IMG/VR virus record: IMGVR_UViG_3300031784_000003
Strand: one strand, 5' to 3'
Source of the DNA: a virus
Lineage: Duplodnaviria > Caudoviricetes
Length of the DNA: 64,000 nt
Positions 19,155 to 29,274 of this stretch are shown here, piece by piece. The position numbers and the translations under genes are program-made. The notes below the pieces were generated by a model. That model was not told where the DNA came from. It ran no database searches and worked only from the letters and a program-made list of their open reading frames with translations. Position 1 is the stretch's first letter. Each line of letters opens with the position of its first letter.

Positions 19155-20552
19155 GTTATCTACCTGACTCACAATATTAAATTTAAGTGTGTTTGTATAT
19201 GTTTTAACTAACTGATTAGATGTTAATTTAATATCTATAAAATATTCGTTAGGTATCATCCAAGAAGTGTCTAATATAAAATAATTTTTTAAATAAGCTC
19301 TATTTACATCTGTCCAATCAATTACATTAACTTGTGTTGGACCTTCCTTAACCCATAATCTGTATTGTAAACCATCAATAACACTTGTCTCATTAACAGT
19401 GTATGGTATTCTAGCGTTTACGAATACTTTTCTTTTATCACCTCTTTTAATTTTTTCATCCCTCATTATACCACTTAAATTTACTAGATATTCTATCGGT
19501 AGTGATTCATTATCACCAAATCTATAATACTCAGTATCATCCTTAACCTCAAACTCTAACGTAACATTAGGTCTAGAAATGTTATTTACTAATATGTTAG
19601 ACCAAGTATCCGTAAAAAGTCCACATTGGGTATTTTGTATAGGTACAGAAAATTCTACATAATACACACCTTTATCTGATTGTTTTACAGTATTACCACT
19701 AAACGATTGGATCGTAGTCCCATTAGAGTCTTTAACTACTACGTTAGGTTTATTATCTAAATTTGTGGGTTCTCCACCTAAATTAGTATAGAAGTATAAT
19801 CTATTATTCTTACCCTTATAAAAGTTTTTTCTATCGTCTTTTATTGTATTGTTACAAATAGTTTCAACGAATGGTTCATAATATGTTTGAGTGTGCTTAG
19901 TAAAAAACCCAACATATTGTGAAGGTACAACTTCTTTAATCTCCAAATCTCTTTCAAATGCTAAACCATAACCATAATTAGTAGACGCACCAGTTATTAA
20001 GTTATTAATTTCATTGGTAATATCCATTTCAATATTTTCATTACCTTTGTCAAAATGTTGTGTGGTGACAGTAATTGCCGAAGGAGAACCAGAATAAACA
20101 CCTGGTTGTGACCAAGTATTTGTAGTAGTAGCATTTAACCAATTACTTGCGGATTGTACAAAAGTTATATCTCCACCATAATCAGCATATCTTATTTGTT
20201 GGTAATCATATCCACAACCCTCATCCCAAAATTGATTCACTCTAAATAATACCAAATCAAATGATGATGTTCTTTGTTTACCATCTAAAAGTTTTTGTGC
20301 TTGTAAATCTCTATCAAAAAATGAAGTGTTTGTCATTTTTAATGTGTGGGTAACACCTGATAAATCACCTAATTCACCATTATTATATTTTTCTTGTAAA
20401 TCAGATACGTCAAAATATAATAAATGTCTAGTGTAGTCAGGTTGAGTTTCTTTACCACCATAATATAATTGTGCAATAGGATTTCTTCCTGTATTAATTT
20501 GAGTACCAAAAATAATTGTATTATTTTTATCTATATAAGTTCTGTATACCAT
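19146..20552 (-). CDS. Probable virion structural protein (beta-rich, tail/baseplate region)
   Basis: 468 aa, beta-strand-rich; minus-strand ATATTTAT at 20565-20572; next to the spike gene. Confidence 0.7.
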   Translation of the reverse strand: MVYRTYIDKNNTIIFGTQINTGRNPIAQLYYGGKETQPDYTRHLLYFDVSDLQEKYNNGELGDLSGVTHTLKMTNTSFFDRDLQAQKLLDGKQRTSSFDLVLFRVNQFWDEGCGYDYQQIRYADYGGDITFVQSASNWLNATTTNTWSQPGVYSGSPSAITVTTQHFDKGNENIEMDITNEINNLITGASTNYGYGLAFERDLEIKEVVPSQYVGFFTKHTQTYYEPFVETICNNTIKDDRKNFYKGKNNRLYFYTNLGGEPTNLDNKPNVVVKDSNGTTIQSFSGNTVKQSDKGVYYVEFSVPIQNTQCGLFTDTWSNILVNNISRPNVTLEFEVKDDTEYYRFGDNESLPIEYLVNLSGIMRDEKIKRGDKRKVFVNARIPYTVNETSVIDGLQYRLWVKEGPTQVNVIDWTDVNRAYLKNYFILDTSWMIPNEYFIDIKLTSNQLVKTYTNTLKFNIVSQVDNLH

Positions 20553-20573
20553 CTCTTTTTATAAATAAATATC

Positions 20574-21878
20574 TTAATTACTATTAATATTCTTATTTAA
20601 AATCTTATTTAAATCAAAACTTAATACATTTGTTGTTACAGTACTTGGATCAGCACTTAATCCGTGATATGGGTGAACATGTAACTCTACATATTTTTTA
20701 ACTAACTGTAAAAATTCTACTAAAATGTCCCCATAAACTAATGGGTGTGCTTCATTATTTATTTTTTGTTGTTCAACATCACTAATTAATTGTTTAGGAT
20801 CAGTTAAATTAAAAGTATGTTCACCATCATGACTAATAAAATTAATTTTATTTGCCACTACATTTATGACACTAGTTTTATCACTTTTATTTTTTTCTAT
20901 TTTTACCTCTTTTATTTTTTTCTTAACCTCAATTGGGGTAGACGTAAAATTAGCAATACCGTTATTACCTTTATAGATGTCTATAATATCATTAGATTTA
21001 GATTTTATTCTCCATCTTTCACCTTTATTTACATCAATAAATGTTTTAGATGCCTCTAAGGCAGAATCCCTAGACGTTGGTCCGATGAATGAATTGGTAT
21101 TACTGAAAGTAATTATTTCTGATCCAGTTTTAGCATCATTTATGACAATACTAACTTCTGTTTTAGCAATATCACTTTTTCTATATGCGTCAGGTGTTAA
21201 ATCACTGGATAATATAATACCAGAATTTGTTATAGTATTTAAAGTTACTGTAATAATTTTATCAGGTTGTTGTTCAACAAATGTAACTATTTCTTTGTCT
21301 ACTAAATTTCTCTTTAATTCTTCACCTCCAAATTTTAATTGAATATATCCTAAAGTCTTATCATTAAATTTATTTTCTGAACCTTCTATTACTTTTCCTG
21401 CCCTTAACCAAATCTGTCTATCTTTTTGTATGATATCCGTATTATATCTACCTTGCAATATAACATCTTCCTCTTCACCATATGCACCTATTTCTAAGTT
21501 AGGATCTTTTAATTTTGTATATCCATCAGGTAATATAGAAAGTGCAGAATTATACGGTTCTCCAACTAATTTAGTCGGTTGGGTAATTAATGGACCAATC
21601 CAAAACCTCTTATTTTTAAATGCTGCCGTTGGAGATGAATCATTATGTTCATATTGAAACACAAAAACACATTCACCCGCCTTAGGTAAAGTCACTAAAT
21701 ATTTTGGTAATAATGGTACACAATCTATTAAGTTTTTATCACTTTCGGTATCGTCAACTCCTGTAATCCTAACTTTAATTCTACCAGATTTGGTAGTATC
21801 TACATTAGATATCACCTCACCAACCCTTAATATTGGAACTACATTAGTATTGGTACTATCAGTATAATAATTATTCAT
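20574..21878 (-). CDS. Baseplate central spike/hub (gp5/gpV-like OB fold)
   Basis: N-terminal VGEVISNVDTTKSGRIKVRI...LPKAGECVFVF and C-terminal HVHPYHG metal-binding tip motif. Confidence 0.7.
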   Translation of the reverse strand: MNNYYTDSTNTNVVPILRVGEVISNVDTTKSGRIKVRITGVDDTESDKNLIDCVPLLPKYLVTLPKAGECVFVFQYEHNDSSPTAAFKNKRFWIGPLITQPTKLVGEPYNSALSILPDGYTKLKDPNLEIGAYGEEEDVILQGRYNTDIIQKDRQIWLRAGKVIEGSENKFNDKTLGYIQLKFGGEELKRNLVDKEIVTFVEQQPDKIITVTLNTITNSGIILSSDLTPDAYRKSDIAKTEVSIVINDAKTGSEIITFSNTNSFIGPTSRDSALEASKTFIDVNKGERWRIKSKSNDIIDIYKGNNGIANFTSTPIEVKKKIKEVKIEKNKSDKTSVINVVANKINFISHDGEHTFNLTDPKQLISDVEQQKINNEAHPLVYGDILVEFLQLVKKYVELHVHPYHGLSADPSTVTTNVLSFDLNKILNKNINSN

Positions 21879-22069
21879 TAGTCTTCTCCTTTATATCTTT
21901 TTACTAAAATTTTATTACCGTAATAGTAATCTTTTTCCACTGATTCTAATTTTTCAGATAATTTAATTATCCTATCTTTTAGTGCCGTTTGTTCGTGTAA
22001 TAATTCCTCTAACTTCATCTTTATTGATGAATTACTCATATTACTCCAATCAATTATTTTATTTTCCAT
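21878..22069 (-). CDS. Small coiled-coil protein
   Basis: Start moved to the ATG at 22069 (MENKIIDW...); heptad pattern. Confidence 0.65.
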   Translation of the reverse strand: MENKIIDWSNMSNSSIKMKLEELLHEQTALKDRIIKLSEKLESVEKDYYYGNKILVKRYKGED

Positions 22070-22070
22070 A

Positions 22071-22520
22071 TTACCTAGCAATTCCTTCTACTTTAACTGC
22101 TTGTGTGGTTGCACCCTGTACCACTATTGGTCCACCAGCATTACCACCAGTTGCGGTTACTGCAACACCCGGAGGGAAAGCTGCCTCAACCTTCATTTTA
22201 GTATGTATCGCATCAACAATTTCCTCAACACGAATAACTTCCATTTTTAAATCTATATTCTCAGCACCACTAGGTAATGGTGTAATATTAATACCGATTT
22301 CTTTTTTTCTTTCAATAATTCTAGACGCGATATCAATTGCACTTAACCCTTCCCTAAATTTCACACCGATTAAAATTTCTTCCTTAGTAATAGGTGGCAA
22401 TCTTTTTGGTGTTTTAAATGCCTTTTTTAATAATAACGCAATAGTTACTAAAGCACCTGCAATCCCAATATTTTTATAAATGTCACCTTTATTACTATTA
22501 CAACCTTCACTTCCTGCCAT
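22071..22520 (-). CDS. Hypothetical protein, probably structural
   Basis: 149 aa; Gly/Val/Thr-rich C-terminus. Confidence 0.75.
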   Translation of the reverse strand: MAGSEGCNSNKGDIYKNIGIAGALVTIALLLKKAFKTPKRLPPITKEEILIGVKFREGLSAIDIASRIIERKKEIGINITPLPSGAENIDLKMEVIRVEEIVDAIHTKMKVEAAFPPGVAVTATGGNAGGPIVVQGATTQAVKVEGIAR

Positions 22521-22522
22521 AA

Positions 22523-24229
22523 TTAATCACAAAATCTTCCTTTGTTATTAAATAAATTTAAATTACTCAACGAATCTAAATTAACTTTATCTGTAAATCC
22601 TCTAGCCTTATCTACCACATTTTCCGCTTTACCAAATAAACCTTCAACTGCATTTATGGTGTCATTTACAAAAGGTGGTAATAAACTTCTTTTTGTTTTT
22701 AAATAATTTAAATTAATTTCTTTAATTTTTTTTCTTATTGCACATAATACAATTTCTTTTAGTGCCTTTAATATCATTGGTAATAAAAATTCATAAATAA
22801 TTTTTCTTAGTAAATCACCAATAATCGCAGCAATAATACATTCAAATTCTTTAAGTAATTCTTTTACCCTAACTTTTTTAACAGGTTGTTTATTAACTAA
22901 AAAATAAAACATATTTAGCATCAACAAATTTTTAGGTGATAAAACTATTTTTGTTAATGCCACTTGCAATGCACTAATAAAATTTGCCAAAAATTCTCCA
23001 TTCGCACTATTTTTATCTAAATTTTTTACACCTTCTGATGTTTCTTTAAATAAAGAATCTATTGATCTATTATAAACTTGTATTTTTTCTTGTAAGGTAG
23101 ATGACGATTTTATTGAGTCATCAATTTTTTTTAAAGTCTCAAAAGAAACACTACTCACTTGTTTCCCACAACATTTTTTAAATTGTTTAACACCAGATTT
23201 TTTTTGTTTAACCAACTCTTTTATATTAACAATTTGAGCTGGTGTAAAAGTATAGAAACTTTCATCAAATTCTACATCTGGATTGTCGATACCTTTATCT
23301 ATGTAATCTTCTATCGCCTTTTCAGTTTCAACTACTTTATTAAGACATTCATCAGGTAAACTAACTTTATTAGTTAATGTACCATAAATCAAATCAATTA
23401 CATTAGGAACTACTTTATCAGGATTAAATAATGGATTTTGACTATTAAAATAATCTACTAAAAATGTGATTAATGTTTTATTTTGGTATGTTTTATTAAC
23501 TATTCTAATATTGAATACTCTAGGTCTTGCCTCTATGTTTTGGTAATCGGTAGTACCATCCGTCTCGACAAAAGAAGTCGGACTGTTTTCAAAATATCTT
23601 AGTTCCACAATCTCTTTACCAGAAATCGGATCTTTCCATACTAATGGGTTACCATTATTTTGAATTACATTCCACAAAAAAACATTTATATCGTCTAATT
23701 GTGTTCCATCGTAAAATAATTTACCAGCATTAGAATTAGGATCGACAGAAAATAAACAAGTTAAATCTAGCTTATTAATTTCAATATTAATACCAATTCC
23801 TGGTGTACCAGTATTAGGTATAGGATTACCATTCCCATCATAAACAATTGTTGATGGGTCTGTTACGAATAACCAGTTCGGTATTTGTGGATCGACTTTA
23901 CATGCGTAGCAACATTTAATTAAATCTATCATAGTAATAGATAGATCTTCAGATAATGGACGCAATTGTTCAACTAACCAGTTTATTAATTGCATCCTCA
24001 TTTCATCTATATTTATACCTGAAATTGTTGCCAATATATCATTTAATAAATCAACAACTCTTTGACTAAAATTTAGGTCAGGTATTTCTGGTATTGCAAT
24101 AGGTAAAGATAAATTTGGTAAGTTATTACAGATAGTTTGGTTAAGTGATATTAATTCCATTATCTGTCTTTTAACTCCCCCAATAAAATCTTTAGGTTCA
24201 CAAACAACATTTTTTAATTTAACGCTCAT
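22523..24229 (-). CDS. Hypothetical protein, probably structural
   Basis: 568-aa ORF in a tightly packed operon. Confidence 0.8.
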   Translation of the reverse strand: MSVKLKNVVCEPKDFIGGVKRQIMELISLNQTICNNLPNLSLPIAIPEIPDLNFSQRVVDLLNDILATISGINIDEMRMQLINWLVEQLRPLSEDLSITMIDLIKCCYACKVDPQIPNWLFVTDPSTIVYDGNGNPIPNTGTPGIGINIEINKLDLTCLFSVDPNSNAGKLFYDGTQLDDINVFLWNVIQNNGNPLVWKDPISGKEIVELRYFENSPTSFVETDGTTDYQNIEARPRVFNIRIVNKTYQNKTLITFLVDYFNSQNPLFNPDKVVPNVIDLIYGTLTNKVSLPDECLNKVVETEKAIEDYIDKGIDNPDVEFDESFYTFTPAQIVNIKELVKQKKSGVKQFKKCCGKQVSSVSFETLKKIDDSIKSSSTLQEKIQVYNRSIDSLFKETSEGVKNLDKNSANGEFLANFISALQVALTKIVLSPKNLLMLNMFYFLVNKQPVKKVRVKELLKEFECIIAAIIGDLLRKIIYEFLLPMILKALKEIVLCAIRKKIKEINLNYLKTKRSLLPPFVNDTINAVEGLFGKAENVVDKARGFTDKVNLDSLSNLNLFNNKGRFCD

Positions 24230-24230
24230 A

Positions 24231-24614
24231 TTAATCTACATCATATTCAGTATTCTTATTGTTCGCTTTCTCTTTAAATAGTTCCCTAAGAATATTTTTA
24301 TCTTCTTCAGTAATACCGTTCCCACTCACATTAGTTTCATCCCCATCAGTTTTATTACCTAATATTTGGGACTGTAGTTTTGCTAAAGCAATCTTTTTAT
24401 CAATAGTAGTTTCTAAAATTTTGAGTGTTTCATTATTGACTTTACCTATTTGATACTCATCATTTACATCTTCTATATTGACTCTCACTTTTCTCTCATT
24501 CATTTCCCTACGAGCACTATTCATAATTGTAGTACAATCGTTGTAAATTTCCTGCATTAACTCTTGTAAACTATTCTTATCTAAATTGATTTTAGTTTTT
24601 TTCGGTCTACTCAT
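24231..24614 (-). CDS. Hypothetical helical protein
   Basis: 127 aa; minus-strand ATATTTAT at 24630-24637. Confidence 0.75.
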   Translation of the reverse strand: MSRPKKTKINLDKNSLQELMQEIYNDCTTIMNSARREMNERKVRVNIEDVNDEYQIGKVNNETLKILETTIDKKIALAKLQSQILGNKTDGDETNVSGNGITEEDKNILRELFKEKANNKNTEYDVD

Positions 24615-24651
24615 ATTAATTCTTTTACTATAAATATCTTATAATAAAATT

Positions 24652-25386
24652 TTATAAGGAATCATCGTCTATTTTATCGTTTTTCATAAAAATATATATT
24701 TTTTTAAATCTTCTCATACCAATTCTTATGTCTTTTGTCGATAAATCAGATATTTCCCTAATGTAAGATAAAATTAAATTTTTATTATATTTGTTACCAC
24801 TCTCTACTTGTTCAAATATAGTTTCCCAATTATCTAAAATAGTTGTTAACGCTGAACCAACTTTAAGTTCTATTTCAGATAATTTATTATACTTCATTTC
24901 ACCTTTAATGCTGGCAGAAATTTCATTAATAAAATCATCTAATTTAATTTTATCATCATCGATAGTGTAAGTTAAATCTTCCATCGTTTCTACTGTTTTA
25001 TAAACATCTTCATAAGAAACATCCGATTTTAATTTTTTATCATCTTTTATTAATTGTCCTAAAAGATAATGCTTACATATCGTACCAAAATAAGAATACG
25101 CCTTTTTATTCTTATCAGGTTTAAAATTATGCATTTTTGTAATTAAAAAAGATAGAGTATCAGAATGTACATCCTCATACTCATATTCTTTTCTATATAA
25201 CTTATAACGCCTTATGATGGATTCCACCATCTTATCTACTGGGCCTTTTAGATATTCATTGTAAATTTTATTTCTTTCACTATACGATTCACTTGTTAAA
25301 AATTTAACTACTGCTTCTTCCTGTTCAGGACCAAAATATAAATTATTTGTTCTCTTCCGACCTCTTTTCTTAGGTTCTTCTGACAT
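24652..25386 (-). CDS. Phage late-transcription sigma factor (T4 gp55-like, sigma70 region 2)
   Basis: KMHNFKPDKNKKAYSYFGTICKHYLLGQLIKDDKK parallels the gp55-family HNFD...K..N..AY.T..C..A...IKKE pattern, recalled from memory and not aligned by tool. Confidence 0.6.
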   Translation of the reverse strand: MSEEPKKRGRKRTNNLYFGPEQEEAVVKFLTSESYSERNKIYNEYLKGPVDKMVESIIRRYKLYRKEYEYEDVHSDTLSFLITKMHNFKPDKNKKAYSYFGTICKHYLLGQLIKDDKKLKSDVSYEDVYKTVETMEDLTYTIDDDKIKLDDFINEISASIKGEMKYNKLSEIELKVGSALTTILDNWETIFEQVESGNKYNKNLILSYIREISDLSTKDIRIGMRRFKKIYIFMKNDKIDDDSL

Positions 25387-25394
25387 AAAATAAT

Positions 25395-26171
25395 TTATAC
25401 TTCATATGTTATTTCTCTATCTTCAGTAAAAAAATATTCTTTTTTGGCTTTGTTAACCCAAAATTTACTTTCTAAAACATCAATACTATTTTTATATTCC
25501 ACAAAAAGAGATCCTTCTCTATTGTTAGTGTGTTTATATCCTAATCTAGGGATTACCATAACTGGAACTGAAAAATATGTCATTCTTAATAAGAATTCAT
25601 ATGTGAAAGTTAATTTTACGTTATTTTTTAACCCACCATATTCTTCATAAACTTCTTTTTTGACTACCATACCATCAAAATTAAAGTTCTGAACTCTTTG
25701 TAAAACATTATTATCTAAAAAACCACTTTCTTCAGTAAAATCTTTTGCCCACACACTTTCGTTAGTAAAAGAAATAAATCTACCGTTTTCATCAGTTTCA
25801 TAAATTATTGGTAAAAACACACCAACTTCAGAATAATGTTTAATATATTCTTTAGCACTCTTAATCCAAATAGGTGAAATCTCATCGTCATATTCTACAA
25901 ACGTAAAATAGTCTGATGTAGACTGTTTAACCCCATAATTGACTTGCGATTGAAATCCATAGTCCTTAGTTTCATTTTTTACAATTTTTACTAAATCTTT
26001 AATATCACCAAAATCATAATTGTTTAAATAATCATCAAGATCAGTATCTTCTGATACTACAAATAAAACTTCATTCGGTTTTTCTTTTTGATTTTTGATA
26101 CTTAAAATACATGAATCTAAATATGTTTTTTCTAATTTATGTACTGGTACTATTACTGAAATACTACTCAT
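25395..26171 (-). CDS. Glycosyltransferase, GT2 (GT-A)
   Basis: ISVIVPVH..., FTFVEYDD (DxD-like), YEFLLRM. Confidence 0.8.
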   Translation of the reverse strand: MSSISVIVPVHKLEKTYLDSCILSIKNQKEKPNEVLFVVSEDTDLDDYLNNYDFGDIKDLVKIVKNETKDYGFQSQVNYGVKQSTSDYFTFVEYDDEISPIWIKSAKEYIKHYSEVGVFLPIIYETDENGRFISFTNESVWAKDFTEESGFLDNNVLQRVQNFNFDGMVVKKEVYEEYGGLKNNVKLTFTYEFLLRMTYFSVPVMVIPRLGYKHTNNREGSLFVEYKNSIDVLESKFWVNKAKKEYFFTEDREITYEV

Positions 26172-26215
26172 ATTTTTATATTTTTTTATTTTGTTATTAT
26201 TTAATTTTCTATTTT

Positions 26216-27334
26216 TTATATAGTAGTTTGTTCTTTTACTTCAAATTGTTGAAGAGAACTTTCTAATTCAACTAACCTACGTTTAAATATTTTATCGTAA
26301 ACTTCTGTTACGGCATTATTAGATTCTTCTTCACTATATTTATTTACCCATTCACTCATACCTGTCATAATATTTTGTGGTAATGCGTCTTCTAAGAATA
26401 ATCCAACCATAGTTGCAATAATGTCAGGAATTGAGTTTAAATTTGCAGTCCAAATACCATTATCATTTAAATTAAGATTACCATTTTCATCTACGTTACC
26501 CATCCATTCTGGTACCATTCTAGGTATCTTACCGATTACTGGTGTGTTTACTTTCATAGATTCTAATGGGAATGTACCAAAACTTGATAATTCATCTACC
26601 CATACACTTAAAAATGATTTTGATAGTTCATTTGCAAATGTCTTTCTAGGTAATCCAGACAAATCTCTAAATGTTACAAATCTATAATGTGGGTATTTCT
26701 GATAGAAAATTTTAACTATTTTTAATAACTCTCTCTTATCTCTAGCCACCATAGATACTGTAGGGATTTTAGGTTTCTTCTCATCTTCAAAGTAAGAAGG
26801 GATACCGATAGGAATGATATCAGTTGTCAAACCTCTAAATAATGTGTTAACATAATTACTTAAATTTTGATTCGTAGTGATTACATCTCTAATTCCGAAT
26901 TGTTCCCAACCTTCACCAATCTCCATCATTTCAAAAATATACTCATACGATTGTAAAAATACTATTCTCTTACATGGGAAATTTACAGTCTGTTTCATAA
27001 TACTAGCAAATGCTTCAGGAATAACTACAAAATCTGATGCACTTACCTGTAATTTTTGAGACTCGATAGAGACGTGAGGTAAATTAGCGTATTCTTCACC
27101 TAACCATTCAGCAATACCAATACCGTGTTCATCTTCTCTTAATTTATAGTCATTTTTATCATGTAAAATTTGTGCGTTATAACCTAACTCTCTCAACTTT
27201 TTTACATGTTCGTAGATTGTGGCAACACCTGCCGTTGGGTTACCCTTTGTGTCGATAGTAAAAAAATAAATACCAAAATCCTTGTTATTAATTTTTTCAA
27301 TAGATTCTTTGATTTTTTCTAATTGTTCACTCAT
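26216..27334 (-). CDS. Glycosyltransferase, GT-B (GT4-like)
   Basis: AGVATIYEHVKKLRELGYNA N-lobe; SSFGTFPLESMKVNTPVIG resembles the E-x7-E donor-binding motif. Confidence 0.65.
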   Translation of the reverse strand: MSEQLEKIKESIEKINNKDFGIYFFTIDTKGNPTAGVATIYEHVKKLRELGYNAQILHDKNDYKLREDEHGIGIAEWLGEEYANLPHVSIESQKLQVSASDFVVIPEAFASIMKQTVNFPCKRIVFLQSYEYIFEMMEIGEGWEQFGIRDVITTNQNLSNYVNTLFRGLTTDIIPIGIPSYFEDEKKPKIPTVSMVARDKRELLKIVKIFYQKYPHYRFVTFRDLSGLPRKTFANELSKSFLSVWVDELSSFGTFPLESMKVNTPVIGKIPRMVPEWMGNVDENGNLNLNDNGIWTANLNSIPDIIATMVGLFLEDALPQNIMTGMSEWVNKYSEEESNNAVTEVYDKIFKRRLVELESSLQQFEVKEQTTI

Positions 27335-27355
27335 ACTTATTTATTTATTTTATTA

Positions 27356-27679
27356 TTATAATTCTTTTATAATACCTTTCATTAGTAAAGTATTATAAGC
27401 AATTTTAAATGGGATAGAAGTTTTATTTAACGCCACTGATCCCATTTTATCATCAATTTCTTCATTATGGTTTAATATTGTCGCAATCATTTCTCTAAAC
27501 ATCTCATATTTAGTGATGTCTATTTGTATTGTAGATTCATCTATTTCCTCTATACCAGTTGCGTCTAATAAAGTATCCTGATTTATTTTAGATTCTATTT
27601 TTACTACATCAGATAATCTATCGATATCAAAGTATAGTTCTTTTCCTCCAATTTGTAGAAGTAAATTATCGTTTTCCAT
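27356..27679 (-). CDS. Hypothetical protein
   Basis: 107-aa ORF; variant motif ATATTTAC at 27720-27727 (minus strand). Confidence 0.75.
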   Translation of the reverse strand: MENDNLLLQIGGKELYFDIDRLSDVVKIESKINQDTLLDATGIEEIDESTIQIDITKYEMFREMIATILNHNEEIDDKMGSVALNKTSIPFKIAYNTLLMKGIIKEL

Positions 27680-27726
27680 ATTTATTTTTTTTACTAATTT
27701 ATTGATTTTTTTTAGATAAGTAAATA

Positions 27727-28335
27727 TTAAAGGTCTTCAAATTCTATTGTTTGTGTACCCAATATTTTTTCTAATAATTTTTTATCATCAACGATCTCTT
27801 TTAAATCAATAACAGTATAATCAGATTGACAATCCTTATTATAATGATTTATAATTTTTATCGATACTTTACCACTAGGTTTACTTTCTAATACCTCTGG
27901 ATCTGCAGTTACCATTACGTCAACAAAATCCCACTTTTTAGAATTATCTCTAACAAAAATAATATTATTAATTTTTGCAGATAATTTAGACAAGAAAAAA
28001 AGTGTTGCAGGTTTACTATTATTTAATTCTTTACTAATTAGAATGGGGGTGTGACCCATATCCTCAATTAAATTGTGTAGTTGGTTTAGGTGTTCGACAG
28101 AATTTAATTTTGTCTCACCCGCGTGCCCAAATATTTCTAAAGAAGAATCTACATATAAGAATTTATTTAATTCTTCTGTTCCACCAGTAAAAACAAAATG
28201 TTCTAACAAATTTAAGGAACTGATGTCTCTTTCTGGCGTTTCCTCGTCTTCGGAGGGATGATATCTATCATAAACCGACTCAAATTTAGTGATAAAATCT
28301 CTAATTACTCCATTAATACCTATCCCTATTTTCAT
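27727..28335 (-). CDS. HAD-fold 5'(3')-nucleotidase-like protein with a degenerate motif I
   Basis: MKIGIGINGVIRD where active HAD enzymes have IGIDxDGV; overall size and pattern fit phage deoxyribonucleotidase-like HADs. Confidence 0.55.
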   Translation of the reverse strand: MKIGIGINGVIRDFITKFESVYDRYHPSEDEETPERDISSLNLLEHFVFTGGTEELNKFLYVDSSLEIFGHAGETKLNSVEHLNQLHNLIEDMGHTPILISKELNNSKPATLFFLSKLSAKINNIIFVRDNSKKWDFVDVMVTADPEVLESKPSGKVSIKIINHYNKDCQSDYTVIDLKEIVDDKKLLEKILGTQTIEFEDL

Positions 28336-28480
28336 CACTTTCTACTTTATAAATTGTTAGTAACTGTTCGGGACTTAATTTTTTTTTAAATGAAAAAAAT
28401 TCTATTGCAGATTCTAAACTTTCTTGGTTAGTTATGGTAATAACTTCCCCTTTTTTTGTTTTTAAAATATATTTACTCAT
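28313..28480 (-). CDS. Small protein missed by the ORF track (55 aa)
   Basis: Translated by hand: MSKYILKTKKGEVITITNQESLESAIEFFSFKKKLSPEQLLTIYKVESDENRDRY; fills the gap between phoH and the HAD gene. Confidence 0.6.
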   Translation of the reverse strand: MSKYILKTKKGEVITITNQESLESAIEFFSFKKKLSPEQLLTIYKVESDENRDRY

Positions 28481-28485
28481 TATAA

Positions 28486-29238
28486 TTAATTTTCTAATTC
28501 CTCAAAAATATCCTCAATCAATTTTATTATTGGGTTTCTAACCACGTCTTCAGGATTTCTTAATTCTACACAACCAAAACTTGGTTTGTCTTTAAATTTC
28601 TCTAAAACAACTTCTAAGGAACTATCTTTTTTATTCCTCAAATCCTTTTGTTTTACATCTCCCATAATAACCATTTTAGAATTATCACCAATCCTTGTCA
28701 TAAGAGTTCTGATATTTTCTAATGTAATGTTTTGTGCCTCATCTATTAATATTATTGAATTGTCTATAGTCCTACCTCTAGCAAATGCGATAGGGACAAT
28801 CTCTATCACCCCTAACTCTATTAATTTTTCCATCCTACTTTTACCGATAAGTTTTCTGATATTATCTGTAAAAGATTCCATAATCGGAGCCATTTTTTCT
28901 TTTAAATCACCAGGTAAATGTCCGATCTCTTCATTTTTTAATGGGGTTATAGATTTTACTAAAACTATTCTTTTGTATTTTTCCTCCATCGTAACCAATC
29001 TTATTGCTTCTGCGCATGATAAGAATGTTTTACCAGAACCAGGTAAACCACTACAAATAGTTATTTCGTTATTTTTTATAGACTCCACCAATTTTTTTTG
29101 ATTCTCAGTCTTACATTTAACATTAATAGTAATAGTTTTAAACACTTTCTCTTCCTCAACATTGTTTCGGTTTAGAAATGCCTCCATTTCCAAAATTTCT
29201 TCTTCGGAAAGTTGTTTGTTTTTTCTTCTTCTTGTCAT
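28486..29238 (-). CDS. phoH: PhoH-like ATPase
   Basis: GLPGSGKT, IGHLPGDLKEKM, ARGRTIDNS, LIDEAQN, MGDVKQ. Confidence 0.93.
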   Translation of the reverse strand: MTRRRKNKQLSEEEILEMEAFLNRNNVEEEKVFKTITINVKCKTENQKKLVESIKNNEITICSGLPGSGKTFLSCAEAIRLVTMEEKYKRIVLVKSITPLKNEEIGHLPGDLKEKMAPIMESFTDNIRKLIGKSRMEKLIELGVIEIVPIAFARGRTIDNSIILIDEAQNITLENIRTLMTRIGDNSKMVIMGDVKQKDLRNKKDSSLEVVLEKFKDKPSFGCVELRNPEDVVRNPIIKLIEDIFEELEN

Positions 29239-29274
29239 ATTATAATTTTACTATTATTTTCTAAAAATTAAAGT

